Source: Candidatus Latescibacterota bacterium
Lineage (GTDB): Bacteria > Latescibacterota > UBA2968
Assembly (NCBI GenBank): GCA_965198115.1
Contig: OZ240241.1
Location: 5,920,001-5,984,000, forward strand
DNA: 64,000 nt
Direction of reading: 5' to 3'
The translations under genes and the position numbers were made by a program. Of the stretch, positions 51,856 through 61,994 are shown piece by piece. The first letter of the stretch is position 1. The number at the start of each line of letters is the position of its first letter. The notes beneath the pieces were generated by a model, which saw only the letters and a list, made by a program, of their open reading frames with translations, was not told the DNA's origin and made no database searches.

Positions 51856-53490
51856 ATGACCCAGCACCCTCTACAGGAACAACTGCGAAACCCGCTCACA
51901 AAAAAAGGCGACGAAAGAGACCGCTCTCGCATCGTGTCTGCGTTTCCCGTACTCAAGTCCGATGCTCGCTCGGGCTGCCTCGTTCTCCGCCGCTATCTGG
52001 ATAGGCGCCCGGAAAGGCTCTTCGATAAAGTCAGCTGCAATGTCTACTTAGATTGGCTCCAGGAGCGCGACGCAAACGACCATCGTGCGCTCAAGAAGTA
52101 TCTTGATCAGTTTGGCAGTGAAATCAGCAGCGCGTTGCTCTTCTTAGAGGACATTAACTCCAGGACATAGCACGACGAGTCGTTTGCCGAACACGACGAA
52201 TATCGTCTTCTTCGGAATATTGACGTCCACATTCACCCTAGCTACCTGCGCGTTGTTGAGGCGATCTTGGCCCCACTGATTCGACCCTTGGCCTACTTCC
52301 GTCGAATCCGTCGAGGAAAGGGTACCGATGGACTTGACGTCTGGAATGTAGTGCAAGAGCTCAAGTCCATGGGGCAGCCGGAGGACCTCTTGACTTCACC
52401 CTACAACCATGTGATCAGAAACGGAATTGCTCACGGGGCAATCGTGTTTCGTCGTAACAGGAAAATATGTTATCGCGACAAGAGGGGCAACGAGGAGACA
52501 CACTTCGCCGGGACGGTCGTACGCATGTTCGACGACCTCTTGGATACGTGTAACGGATTGGCGTTGGCGCTCAAGATGTTCTTTCTCACAAGACGCAAGC
52601 GAGGCTACAAGCAACCTCGTCAGCTACTCATGGAAGAACTTCAGGAAGAAACCCGGACGCCGTGGTGGACAATAGATGGATGCGTGGAGTCAGAGATTCC
52701 CGGAAAGACTCAATTGATAGTCTACGCTCAGCCACAGACACTCCACCACGGGCTCGTGCAGTGGTCAGTCGTCCAATCTGGAATATTGGCCGAGTTCTTT
52801 GCTACTGGCTACGACCGATATTTGCTGTCTCTCCGGTCACGACGAGCGTGGTCCGGCTGGGCGGCGTTCGACGGGCGAAAGTTGAGGCAGCTGCGGGAGG
52901 CACGAGTTAACGATATGGTGCAGTATCGGGGCATCGTCGAGAGTGACCTAATATATGTTCCTTGGATATCGGTACCTAGAATCCTGGCGAAAGCTATCGT
53001 TCTCTTGAAGAGCCTGAAGCTCTCCATGCGGTTAGCTATGCAACAGCTCAGGCAGGACCTGGGGATTCCCTTGATCGTCTGCAGAAGCGCCAGTATTCAT
53101 CGAAACGGGTGGGGTGCCGTTCTGAGAGCGGACGTCGTCGTGGAGGGCATTTATGGGAAGCCAGCGGTTGACGCCATATCCAAGTACAGACGGCGTATTG
53201 CTAGACTGGCGAAAAGATACGCGCGGAAGTTGAATCGTTTGACGACAGCGACCTATCTTCCGCTCGCCTTTCTTCAGGTCAACATATACCGGCGGGACTA
53301 CCGACGCCGACGTTTAGGTGAGATCGGCTTGGGTAAAGACTTGATTTGCACGTTGAGCTTCCAGCGTATGCGTCGAATAAAGTCACCGGACATAATCGGG
53401 GCGACAGTCCACGTCATCGGCAAATGGCGCATCGCGTGGAACAGGGCATGGCTACAGACATGGTCTGAGAACGGGGACGACGTGACGTGA
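51856..53490 (+). pseudogene. ~545-codon hypothetical gene with HEPN-like RxxxxH motif, in-frame TAG at 52168-52170
   Basis: ORFs 51832-52170 and 52267-53490 share one frame. IRNGIAHG motif. Confidence 0.65.
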
Positions 53491-53770
53491 ATTGAGAAGC
53501 ATAGTAGGGGTGTCGGCGGGATCGAATGCGGCGAGTGTGACTCCGCGGGGAAGAGAGCATCGCGGCGCTCTGCCGCCGCGAAGGCCTGGCGCCACTGGCA
53601 GTACCACAATTGTAAGGAAGGGCCTAGGAGTCAGGATCGGGACGCGCTGAAAGTCATTCCTGGGGCTTCTTACGGTGACCAGCCGCCTTGAGCCGTAGCC
53701 GAGGGGCGCTGTCACCCGCAGGGTAGCACAGCGTAAAACCCTCTTACCGGTGGACGGTTTTCAGCTGCAC

Positions 53771-54173
53771 TTACCGATGAAGGGCGACGATCTCGCCGGC
53801 GATCTGGCGCTCGAGAAGGTCGATCTGCTCCTGCAGCGCGGCGACCATCCCCTCCACATCAGCCGCCGTCTCGTCCGAGATTTGCTTAATGGCACGGAGG
53901 CGCGTGTCCGATTTTTCGTCCTCATCGTTCGCAATCCCGGCGATGACCTCGATGCGATCCCGGCGGAGCGTGAGCGGAATATCGGACAAGTCAACCCGAA
54001 ATTCAGCCTTGCACCGGGCCTTCTCGGCCAGAAATGCATCATCTTTGAGCCAATTGTAAATTTTGGAACGCGTTACACCCACATTCCAACGCCATTTTTT
54101 TCGTGTTCTGGCCCGAGATCTCAAGCCTGGCGCACACATTGGGCGCACTCGATGTGCTTTCGGTGAGTGTCAT
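53771..54173 (-). pseudogene. Phage terminase small subunit-like HTH protein, 5' frameshifted
   Basis: GVTRSKIYNWLKDDAF HTH, then LSDIPL...RLRAIKQI helices. Confidence 0.45.
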
Positions 54174-54382
54174 GGCCCCTCTTTTTGCGTCATTCTAACA
54201 AACGGGTGCTTTTCAGGCCAAAATATAGGCCCTTTGCCAGTGGTGGACTAGGATCCAGCGTTTTGGAATCAACTGGAATCAATTTATAGCCGGTCGAAAT
54301 TAAATGGTTGACAGCACCGATATCGAACCCCTCGTGGCGCGATTCCGAGGTTCTGTGAGCGAGAAACGTTTTGCGTCTTCGG

Positions 54383-54416
54383 TTAGAGTGTGATAACCTC
54401 CTTTATCACACTCTAA
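54383..54416. promoter_or_regulatory. Perfect 14-6-14 palindrome, likely tyrosine-recombinase core site
   Basis: TTAGAGTGTGATAA-CCTCCT-TTATCACACTCTAA, ending 20 bp before the recombinase start. Confidence 0.75.
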
Positions 54417-54435
54417 AATCGGGAGGCCCCGCGAC

Positions 54436-55422
54436 ATGAACCGACCGCCCCGCTTCAGCCCGCGCCCCTGTTCGCCCCGACGCCCAAGGCCGCCCGGCGC
54501 TTCCCGAGTTTTTCACCGCCCAGATCAACAACCCCCACACCCGCCGGGCCTACCTGAGTGCCGCGCGGCGTTTTGACGCCTGGTGCGACGCCCGCGGCAT
54601 CGCCCGGCTCACCGACGTGCAGGCCTTCCACGTCGCCGCCTTCATCAAGGATCTGCAGGGAGCGTGCTCCCCGCCCACCGTCAAGCAGCACCTGGCCGCT
54701 TTGCGCATGCTTTTTGACTGGCTGGTGACCGGCCACGTTCTGGAGGTAAACCCCGCCCACGCCGTGCGCGGCCCCAAATACGTCGTCAGAAAAGGCAAGA
54801 CGCCCGTCCTGACGGCCGGGGAAGCCCGCGAGCTGCTCGAGAGCATCGGGACGGTCCGAACGACGAAGCGCCAGGACGGAGTGGACGGGGAACCGTCCCT
54901 TGTCGGCCTGCGCGACCGCGCTCTGATCGGCGCCATGGTCTACACCTTCGCCCGCGTCAACGCCGTGCTGAAGATGAAAGTCCGCGACTTCTTCGTGCAG
55001 GGCCGCCGCGGATGGGTGCGGCTGCACGAAAAAGGCGGCAAGGAGCATGAAGTCCCCTGCCACCACAACCTGGAGCGGTATCTGGACGAATACATCGCCG
55101 GCGCCGGCATCGCGGAGGACCCGGACGCGCCCCTGTTCCAGACCGCGGCCGGGAGAACGGGCCGGCTCACCGGCAACGCTCTGTGGCAGCAGGACGCCTA
55201 TCGCAACGCATGATCCAACGGCGGGCAAAGGCCGCCGGCATCCAGACCCGGATCGGCAACCACACCTTCCGCGCCACCGGCATCACCGCCTACCTGAAGA
55301 ACAGCGGCACGCTCGAGACGGCGCAGCACATCGCCAACCACGAGTCCCCACGGACCACCAAGCTCTACGACCGGAGGCAGGATGAGATTTCGCTGGACGA
55401 GGTGGAACGGATCGCCATTTAG
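54436..55422 (+). pseudogene. XerC/D-like tyrosine recombinase (resolvase type), frameshifted
   Basis: PTVKQHLAALRMLFDWL, GLRDRALI, FARV, EKGGK, HTFRATG, ANHES and TTKLYDRR spread over several frames. Confidence 0.88.
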
Positions 55423-55639
55423 GGTCTCTTCGACTCTCAAAAAGTGGCCCAGGAAGCCGTCAGAGGTGTTTCTGGCCTGGAGGTGGACCGCCGCACCAAC
55501 CCCAAAAACCGGCACGAGTTCAAGCGCGTGACGTAGCGTAGGAGCCGCGCCAGCGGCTTGATACGGTGGTCGTGATTTTGGCATCGTGACATCCTCCTAT
55601 TTCCAAACACTTAGGATGTCCACCAAAACGGGTCAACTC

Positions 55640-55881
55640 CAATCATGTAGAGCGTATAGGGACCGAAGCCGGTTGCCGGGGTTGCTGCGGGCGCCATCGT
55701 TCGCGCCATGAAGCCGCGCTCCGGGTCCTCTTCACTGGCCCCCGACCAACTGGTTTACCTGATCAGCGAGGGTGAAGCCCCGCCGTGCCGGTGGTGGGGT
55801 TTCGCGGAGCGCCTGGATGGGGCCGCCCAGATCGGCCAAGGCTTCCCCGATGGGAAACAACTCGCCGCGTTGACGCTGCAT
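55640..55881 (-). pseudogene. Plasmid RepA remnant, copy 3
   Basis: Shares the leader CATGGGAGAATAAGCCATG with copy 1. FTLADQVNQLVGASEEDPERGFMAR. Confidence 0.65.
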
Positions 55882-56999
55882 GGCTTATTCTCCCATGTTC
55901 CCCAGAGGGTCACCACTCATCACCGGAGGCGATGGCAGTTGGCGCAGCCTGTCCAGTCTTCGAAAGCGAATGAGGTTGGGTCAATAGGTGTGTAAACGTA
56001 TCAGGCGGCATTCTTTCGCTGAGATTTAAACCAGCGAGCCCGGGTGACAGCCCGGGGAAAGGAACGTCGCCTCTCTTTTTACACACCCTTTGTGTTACGG
56101 CTTACGATAGATTCCCGCTCAGGTTACGCTATTCGCATTCTCACGCACCAAGAACTGACGACCGGAGATAAGGGGGATGAACTCTCTGGGCGTTCCGATG
56201 TAGACCGCCCTTTTCATTTTCCCACACGCGCGAGAAATAGGCTCTCGAACCGCGAAAATAGCGCGTTTCGACCGATTAGGCTCAAGACGTGGCCAGGCCA
56301 GGTCCCAGCGGGCATAGGGGGGTGGAAAACCTGTGGCCGTCCGACCGGAGACCGGTTGAGACGCTTTCTTTTGCTAAAACGTCCTAAAAAACACTTTTGG
56401 ACGGGGCGTCGCGGCCGTCGTCGACGAAAGGGGGCTTTTCAGGTGTCGGAAACACTTAAACGAGTTCAAAAACAGGGACTTGCGATAGTCGACAACAGCC
56501 ACGAGGTGTTGCGGCATTCCTGGATCGCCAATGGCAAGGAATACGAGATCATCCTGAAGGTTTCTCCCCTTCCTTCCCGATCTTTTTCCGCCCAAGAGAG
56601 CTCCCGGAGTTGGCTTCCCTGCTGAGTAGGGGGAATTATGACGCCACCGCTGCACCTTCGCGCTCAGCTCGTGGAGCAGCACCTCGACCCGCCTGAGCCT
56701 CCTGCTCCTGCGGATCGACGGTGGCGAGCTGGCGCTCGTCGTCCTTGGCCCGGAGCCCAGGCGTCGGGGCGGTGTCCAGATGCAGGCTCGCCCGGCTTCC
56801 CTGTCGAGGATGTGCTAGGAGCGGAGGTAGGGCAGCCGTACGATCGGGTTATCACAACGGCAAGCTGTCCCGGACATCTCCCCGCTCTGGGTTCGATAAG
56901 CCAGATGATGTCTTCCAGAAAGGCCCCCCTAGAAGGACCTGTTTCCTTCCACCCCGGTAGAGTTTCCTGGTCCTGTTCTCTACCGGGGTGCTTCACTCA

Positions 57000-57423
57000 C
57001 GATCAGCAAAGCCGGAAGAAACCCAGGATCTTAATCCCTCTTCCTCACATCCAGAACTTATCGACTACCTATCCGCCGCATTCCAGAGGAATCCTCCTCC
57101 ATAATGGTCGGTTCCAGTAGATCCGCACCAAATTCCCCTCATCGTCATACTCGAGGCAACGGACCTCTTGAGTCGTCTCATTGCTTCCTCTAGATTCATC
57201 GTTTCTTCTGAGAGGAGTTCAATGAATGTCTGGCGCTTCCCGTGGTCTTTTTTCTATGCTCTCTTTTCGTCCCGAAGCCATAGAACTCACGCCATGCTGC
57301 GATTGCCGATCGTGCCGTTTTCTCTTCCTCGTGAGTCAGCTTACCCATCCGCGCATCGCTAGACAGAAGCACGACATCCGCCAACGTCAACGTGTGTGGA
57401 TGCTTCGCGAGACGCTCGTGATG
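57000..57423 (-). repeat. ~420-bp repeat, copy 2 (inverted relative to 27591-28007)
   Basis: Near-identical reverse complement, with a few substitutions and a 6-bp indel. Confidence 0.92.
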
Positions 57424-57500
57424 CACCCTCTTCTTTTTACCTGTTAGCTGCTGAACCGCGTCCTCCAGACGCATCTTCTCACGCTTCGCACGTTCGAGGT

Positions 57501-58073
57501 TCACCTCCTGCCTCCAGCCGGGACACTGACTCTTACATCTTCCACCATCTCACGTAACTCATTGAGGAGCGATTCAATCTCCTTCAGCTTGAGTCCCGCA
57601 CGTGTAGATTCCAACTTTCCGACCCGACCGAGCAAGCGGTCGATCAGTATCCAGTAGTCCGGACGTCGCTTCGTCGCCGAGCGGTTGATTTGGCCATTGT
57701 CGTCGAGTTCGGCGCGGATCTCCGACACCCGCAGGTCTGACGGTTCCTTTTCGATTCGGCCGAGTAGCTTCTCCACCCGCTCCTGCTTGATCCCCACGGC
57801 GTCCATCTGCGCCTTGAAAGCGCGTTTTAGCTGCAATTTTGCAAGACGGATCTCGTCGTCGATAGACCCGATCGGGATACGCTCCCAGGCCTCCTTCTCG
57901 CTCTCCGTAAGAGCTTCTGCGTAGACGCCATGACGTAGGTTGTTCATCTGTCCTTTCGGTGTCTTGCCGCCGTGCATCCTACAGCGACCGTTCTCCATCG
58001 CTCGATTCTTGCAGCGGCCGCCAGATCGGGTTTTCGCGTGACACCGTAACCATTTGCATGGGGTAATTCCCAA
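57501..58073 (-). CDS. HGGxSTG-like domain protein (terminase small subunit-like)
   Basis: RCHAKTRSGGRCKNRAMENGRCRMHGG, NNLRHGVY and IDDEIRLAK. Confidence 0.7.
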   Translation of the reverse strand: MGITPCKWLRCHAKTRSGGRCKNRAMENGRCRMHGGKTPKGQMNNLRHGVYAEALTESEKEAWERIPIGSIDDEIRLAKLQLKRAFKAQMDAVGIKQERVEKLLGRIEKEPSDLRVSEIRAELDDNGQINRSATKRRPDYWILIDRLLGRVGKLESTRAGLKLKEIESLLNELREMVEDVRVSVPAGGRR

Positions 58074-58249
58074 AACTGATATCCTGGGCCGAGAGTGGCA
58101 GCTAGCGATACGCCAGAGCCCACTGGGCGAACATCGCGATCACTTCCTGATACTCCTTCGTCCGGTCCTGGAGCTTCTTGCCCAGCGCGTGCATCTTGTC
58201 GGTGACTACCTTATGCTCCTTCCTGGCGACACCTCAACGGCGTCAGCGG

Positions 58250-58453
58250 TCATCTAGCAGGCTCCGCACGGTTTCGGGCATGGACGCGGGCGGCGATCCA
58301 CTCGGATACCTCGGCGTCCAACCAGCCGACGGCCCGCGGACCCAGTTTGATCGGCCGCGGGAACCTGCCTCCCTGGATATAAGCGTACAGCGACGACCGT
58401 CCCAGCCCGGTGCGTCTCGACACCTCGGGCAGTCTCAGGATCTGATTGGCCAT
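58250..58453 (-). CDS. alpA: AlpA-family excisionase/regulator
   Basis: ILRLPEVSRRTGLGRSSLY...FPRPIKLGPRAVGW. Confidence 0.93.
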   Translation of the reverse strand: MANQILRLPEVSRRTGLGRSSLYAYIQGGRFPRPIKLGPRAVGWLDAEVSEWIAARVHARNRAEPAR

Positions 58454-58643
58454 CTCTATCCTCCCCTGGTGGGTCATGGACGACTCTCACCCAGTACTGC
58501 CCGACGGTTTCCCGTTGTACGAAAACGGGTTTCCGTAGTCCGCGCGGCATCCCGTTGCCGGACATAGGGATGGCACCGTTGTACACAAAAAGGCCGTCGG
58601 CCCAGAGACGGCACCGACGGCTGGAGTTGATGAGTGAGCCGGT

Positions 58644-60701
58644 CTACATCTCCGTCTCCCATTCTATGGTTGACTCGTACCGTATGCGGCCCGTGTACTT
58701 GTTCTTAATTGCGTCCTTCAGATGGCTATAGAGCGGCGGATGATCTCTCTCGATCGCGCCCAACGCCCGGTGGATGGCAGCGCCGACCGCGGCCTCGTCC
58801 CTCCTCCCGCCTCGAATCCGGTGCCGACCGTGACGGTTTACCCCACGATTCAACTCGCGCTGCATCCAGTTGATTCTTTCCTCAATTTCCTCTCGCGTCT
58901 CCGGGTCGAGGGCGACTTCCCCTTCGTACGCAGCGCGCAGGGTCTCTTCCTCATTCTTGAGGGCATCTTGGTATAGCGTTCGTTCTTGGGGAGACATCAC
59001 CTTCTCCTCTGCTGTTTCCACGACAGACCCGCTCTCCCAGGGCGATCCCCCTACCGGCTCGCCACCCGTCATCACACGCCTCACCTCGCTGGCCCCTTCT
59101 GGGGGCTGCCCCACCTTAAGGAGGTGGGCAATTGCACGCATCCCTTTGTCTGAAGTAATGACCGTCCAGCGGTGTCCGTTGTAAACCCCCTCCCAGTGCG
59201 CGCCCTTGCACTGGAAGGCGAAGCGGGATTGCTCGTCGACCGGGAAATCGACTATGACGTCCTGGCCTGTCCCTTCGCCTTCTTGCGCTACCAACGCCAC
59301 AGACGGCGCGGCCTCTCTCTGTGGCTTCCTGAGGGCGTCCGGTGGAGTCCCCTGGCGCTCTTCCTCCAGATGCCTCTGCCTGTACTCGACCGTCCAGCGC
59401 CCCCTTTGGCTCGGCTCCGCAGCCAAGTCCACAGCCTCCAATAGAGCTTTAAGGTCGTAGCCAAGCAGATCCTCGACCAACACCCCCGCCTGTAGTTCTG
59501 GGTCGTGCTTAGCTGCCTGGATGTACGCCGGCCACGAGAGTGCAAATGGGCAATCTTCTGGCCAAGGTACCCGACCCGGTGGTTCATCACCTGCCCGCCA
59601 CACGCACACGATCCCGTCGATTCGCGCCGCCTTCCGACACGCCTCTACGACCGCGCGTTCCAACTCGTCCAGGTTGTCCGGCCAGCGCCGACCCGCCGTG
59701 AAATACAGCCACTCCGCCGCGATGAGCTTAACCTCGGCCCCTGGCGCGTCGTAGTCTCCCCGATTGTACCGTTTGACGAAATAGTGGATCAACAGTGGCA
59801 CGTCCCCAGAGCGCGCGCACAAAGGCGGCACCTCGATTATCCCTCTCTGAAACGCGCGGAGCAGGTCTCTCGGAAACTCACCTTTACTCACAGCCCCTTC
59901 TACGTCTTTCACGGTTCTTTGCACCGATGCTATGACGCGCGTTCTGCCCCTGTCGATTTCTTCTATCACTCTCACCTGTACCTCGCGCGGCGCGAGGTCA
60001 ATGTCCTTGAGAAAAAGGGTATCCGAGACACCAGTACGCAACGTTTTGACCTCGAAGAGACTCGGGCAGTATCTGTCAACTGGCTCGTGGCGCGGTGATT
60101 CTGAAGGGGAGAATTTCCAGCTGTCGGAGGAAGAGCGCAGTGAGCTGTTCGACATGGTTCTAACACCCAAAAAGGCAGGCACCCGTTGAAGTCTCCTCTG
60201 CATCTTAGATTGCACAAAATCAGGGGTGAGACCGTCGCACCTGATCCTGGAAAACTTGCCCGGGGCGCGTTGCCCCAATTGATGCACACACCTTGCCGCA
60301 ACCTCCTGCTCAGCCCCCGGTTCGCCAGCGATAAGTACCGGGGTGTCCAGGTCGCAGCACGCCGCTATGCGCTCTATCACCTCCAGCATGGGCGGCGAGA
60401 CGCCGACCAGGCCGTGTTGGTGGCACTCGACTACTGCGTGTAGATTCATCTCCAGAATCGTCCCTGACGGCGCTGCAGCCAGGGCTTCAAGCTCAGCCCA
60501 TGGTACGGAGATGGATCTGTCACTGGGGGGCGGCGGGTGGACCCGCCGGATTGCGCCACTTTCAAGGAGTGCGCTTAGTTGCTTCCCAGCAGCTCGGTAG
60601 GCTGAAAACAGCATGCCCGGTTCATGGGTGGCTCCATTATGCGTGAACCCTTTGATGGCCACATAGGTCGTGGGAGTGGGCCCCAGTATCATTCGGTCCA
60701 C
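58644..60701 (-). CDS. Degenerate sigma54-activator-like AAA domain fused to a C-terminal putative DNA-binding domain
   Basis: LVGVSPPM, PVLIAGEPGAEQE, TLFLKDI, VPPL..R..DVPLL and WPDNLDELE. C-terminal AIHRAL..I....PPLYSHL. Confidence 0.7.
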   Translation of the reverse strand: MDRMILGPTPTTYVAIKGFTHNGATHEPGMLFSAYRAAGKQLSALLESGAIRRVHPPPPSDRSISVPWAELEALAAAPSGTILEMNLHAVVECHQHGLVGVSPPMLEVIERIAACCDLDTPVLIAGEPGAEQEVAARCVHQLGQRAPGKFSRIRCDGLTPDFVQSKMQRRLQRVPAFLGVRTMSNSSLRSSSDSWKFSPSESPRHEPVDRYCPSLFEVKTLRTGVSDTLFLKDIDLAPREVQVRVIEEIDRGRTRVIASVQRTVKDVEGAVSKGEFPRDLLRAFQRGIIEVPPLCARSGDVPLLIHYFVKRYNRGDYDAPGAEVKLIAAEWLYFTAGRRWPDNLDELERAVVEACRKAARIDGIVCVWRAGDEPPGRVPWPEDCPFALSWPAYIQAAKHDPELQAGVLVEDLLGYDLKALLEAVDLAAEPSQRGRWTVEYRQRHLEEERQGTPPDALRKPQREAAPSVALVAQEGEGTGQDVIVDFPVDEQSRFAFQCKGAHWEGVYNGHRWTVITSDKGMRAIAHLLKVGQPPEGASEVRRVMTGGEPVGGSPWESGSVVETAEEKVMSPQERTLYQDALKNEEETLRAAYEGEVALDPETREEIEERINWMQRELNRGVNRHGRHRIRGGRRDEAAVGAAIHRALGAIERDHPPLYSHLKDAIKNKYTGRIRYESTIEWETEM

Positions 60702-60782
60702 AAGTCCCTCCGTTCAGGGAAAAGGAAAGGGCTGGCCGGTGGAACGGCACCGGTTCGGGAGAGCGACACCCTCCGGCTCGGG

Positions 60783-61994
60783 TTACTCGGCGCCATCTTG
60801 CTGCAAGCCCTCCAGGTAGTCGGCCCAAGCCTGCAACATCTCACGGCGCTGCTCAAGGTAGGTCGTGCGGTTGTAGGCACGACCGAGGGGGTCACGAACA
60901 GCATGGGCCAACTGCTGCTCGACGTACTCCGCCGGATAGTTCAGGCGCTCCACCAGCACAGTGCGGGCCATAGCACGGAACCCGTGGCCAGTCATGACGT
61001 CCTTGTAGCCCAACCGATGAAGGGCGGCATTCACAGTGTTCTCGCTCATGGGCCGTCCCTTCCCCCGGACACTGGGAAACACGTACCGCCCCCGCCCGCT
61101 CAGGCTCTCCATCTCGCGCAAAATCGTCACTACCTGGCGGGGTAGCGGCACCACGAGCGGGTTACCGCCCTTACTGGGGGTGTACTGCCACTCGGCGCCG
61201 GCCGCGGCGTCCAGGTCGAAGTCATCCCACTCGGCCCTGCGCAACTCGCCAGGCTGGACGAACAGCAGCGGCGCCAGCCGTAGCGCCCCCCGGGTGGCTG
61301 GTTGCCCGCCGTAGGCATCGATTGCACGCAGCAGCGCTGCGATTTCGGCTGGCTCGAGGATCGCGGGGTGGTGTTCCGTCTCGGCTGGCAGCAGGGCTCC
61401 GCGCAGGTCGGCGGATATGTCACGTTCGGCACGGCCAGTGGCAACGGCGTAGCGGAACACTTGACCACACAGGGTGCACACTCGGTGGGCAGTCTCAACG
61501 TGTCCGATTTGCTGGACACGTCGCAGGGCTTCCAGCAACTCCCAAGAGGAGATCTCCGCAATCGGCCGACGGCCCAGCATCGGGAACACGTGCATTTCCA
61601 GTCGGCGCAGGTTTCGGTCCGCATGGGAGGACACGACCCTGTGGCGATGCACCGATTCCCACCACTCCCGCGCCAGCGCTTCCATAGTATCAGCTGAAGC
61701 CCGCGCCGAGGCCGTGCGTCTGGCTCGTCGATGGGCACTCGGGTCCACACCCTGGCTTAGCAGCTCGCGGGCCTCGTCGCGACCCCGCCGGGCGTCCTGC
61801 AGCCCCACTTCAGGGTAGACCCCCAGGGCAAGCAGCTTCTCTTTGCCGTGATAACGGTATTTCAGCCGCCAGTAATTCCCACTTCGCTGGACGTGAAGGT
61901 AGAGGCCACCCCCGTCGAACAGCTTGGCACCCCGCCCTTGAAAGGTTGCGGCCTTCACAGCGACTGCACTCAGCTTGTCTCTGGTACGTGGCAT
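60783..61994 (-). CDS. P4-like integrase (tyrosine recombinase with arm-binding domain), catalytic Arg replaced by Gln
   Basis: DGGGLYL, WRLKYRYHGKEKLLALGVYP, FVQPGELR, HGFR, QLAH and AYNR. Confidence 0.93.
   Translation of the reverse strand: MPRTRDKLSAVAVKAATFQGRGAKLFDGGGLYLHVQRSGNYWRLKYRYHGKEKLLALGVYPEVGLQDARRGRDEARELLSQGVDPSAHRRARRTASARASADTMEALAREWWESVHRHRVVSSHADRNLRRLEMHVFPMLGRRPIAEISSWELLEALRRVQQIGHVETAHRVCTLCGQVFRYAVATGRAERDISADLRGALLPAETEHHPAILEPAEIAALLRAIDAYGGQPATRGALRLAPLLFVQPGELRRAEWDDFDLDAAAGAEWQYTPSKGGNPLVVPLPRQVVTILREMESLSGRGRYVFPSVRGKGRPMSENTVNAALHRLGYKDVMTGHGFRAMARTVLVERLNYPAEYVEQQLAHAVRDPLGRAYNRTTYLEQRREMLQAWADYLEGLQQDGAE

Noticed and set aside
5723-52170. Stop-codon reassignment suggested by in-frame TAA (5723, 23009) and TAG (52168)
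   Set aside because: The expected residues differ (unknown, Tyr, probably Trp), and TAA/TAG end many normal genes here. Point mutations or errors are simpler. Only the UGA at 23267 fits recoding (Sec).
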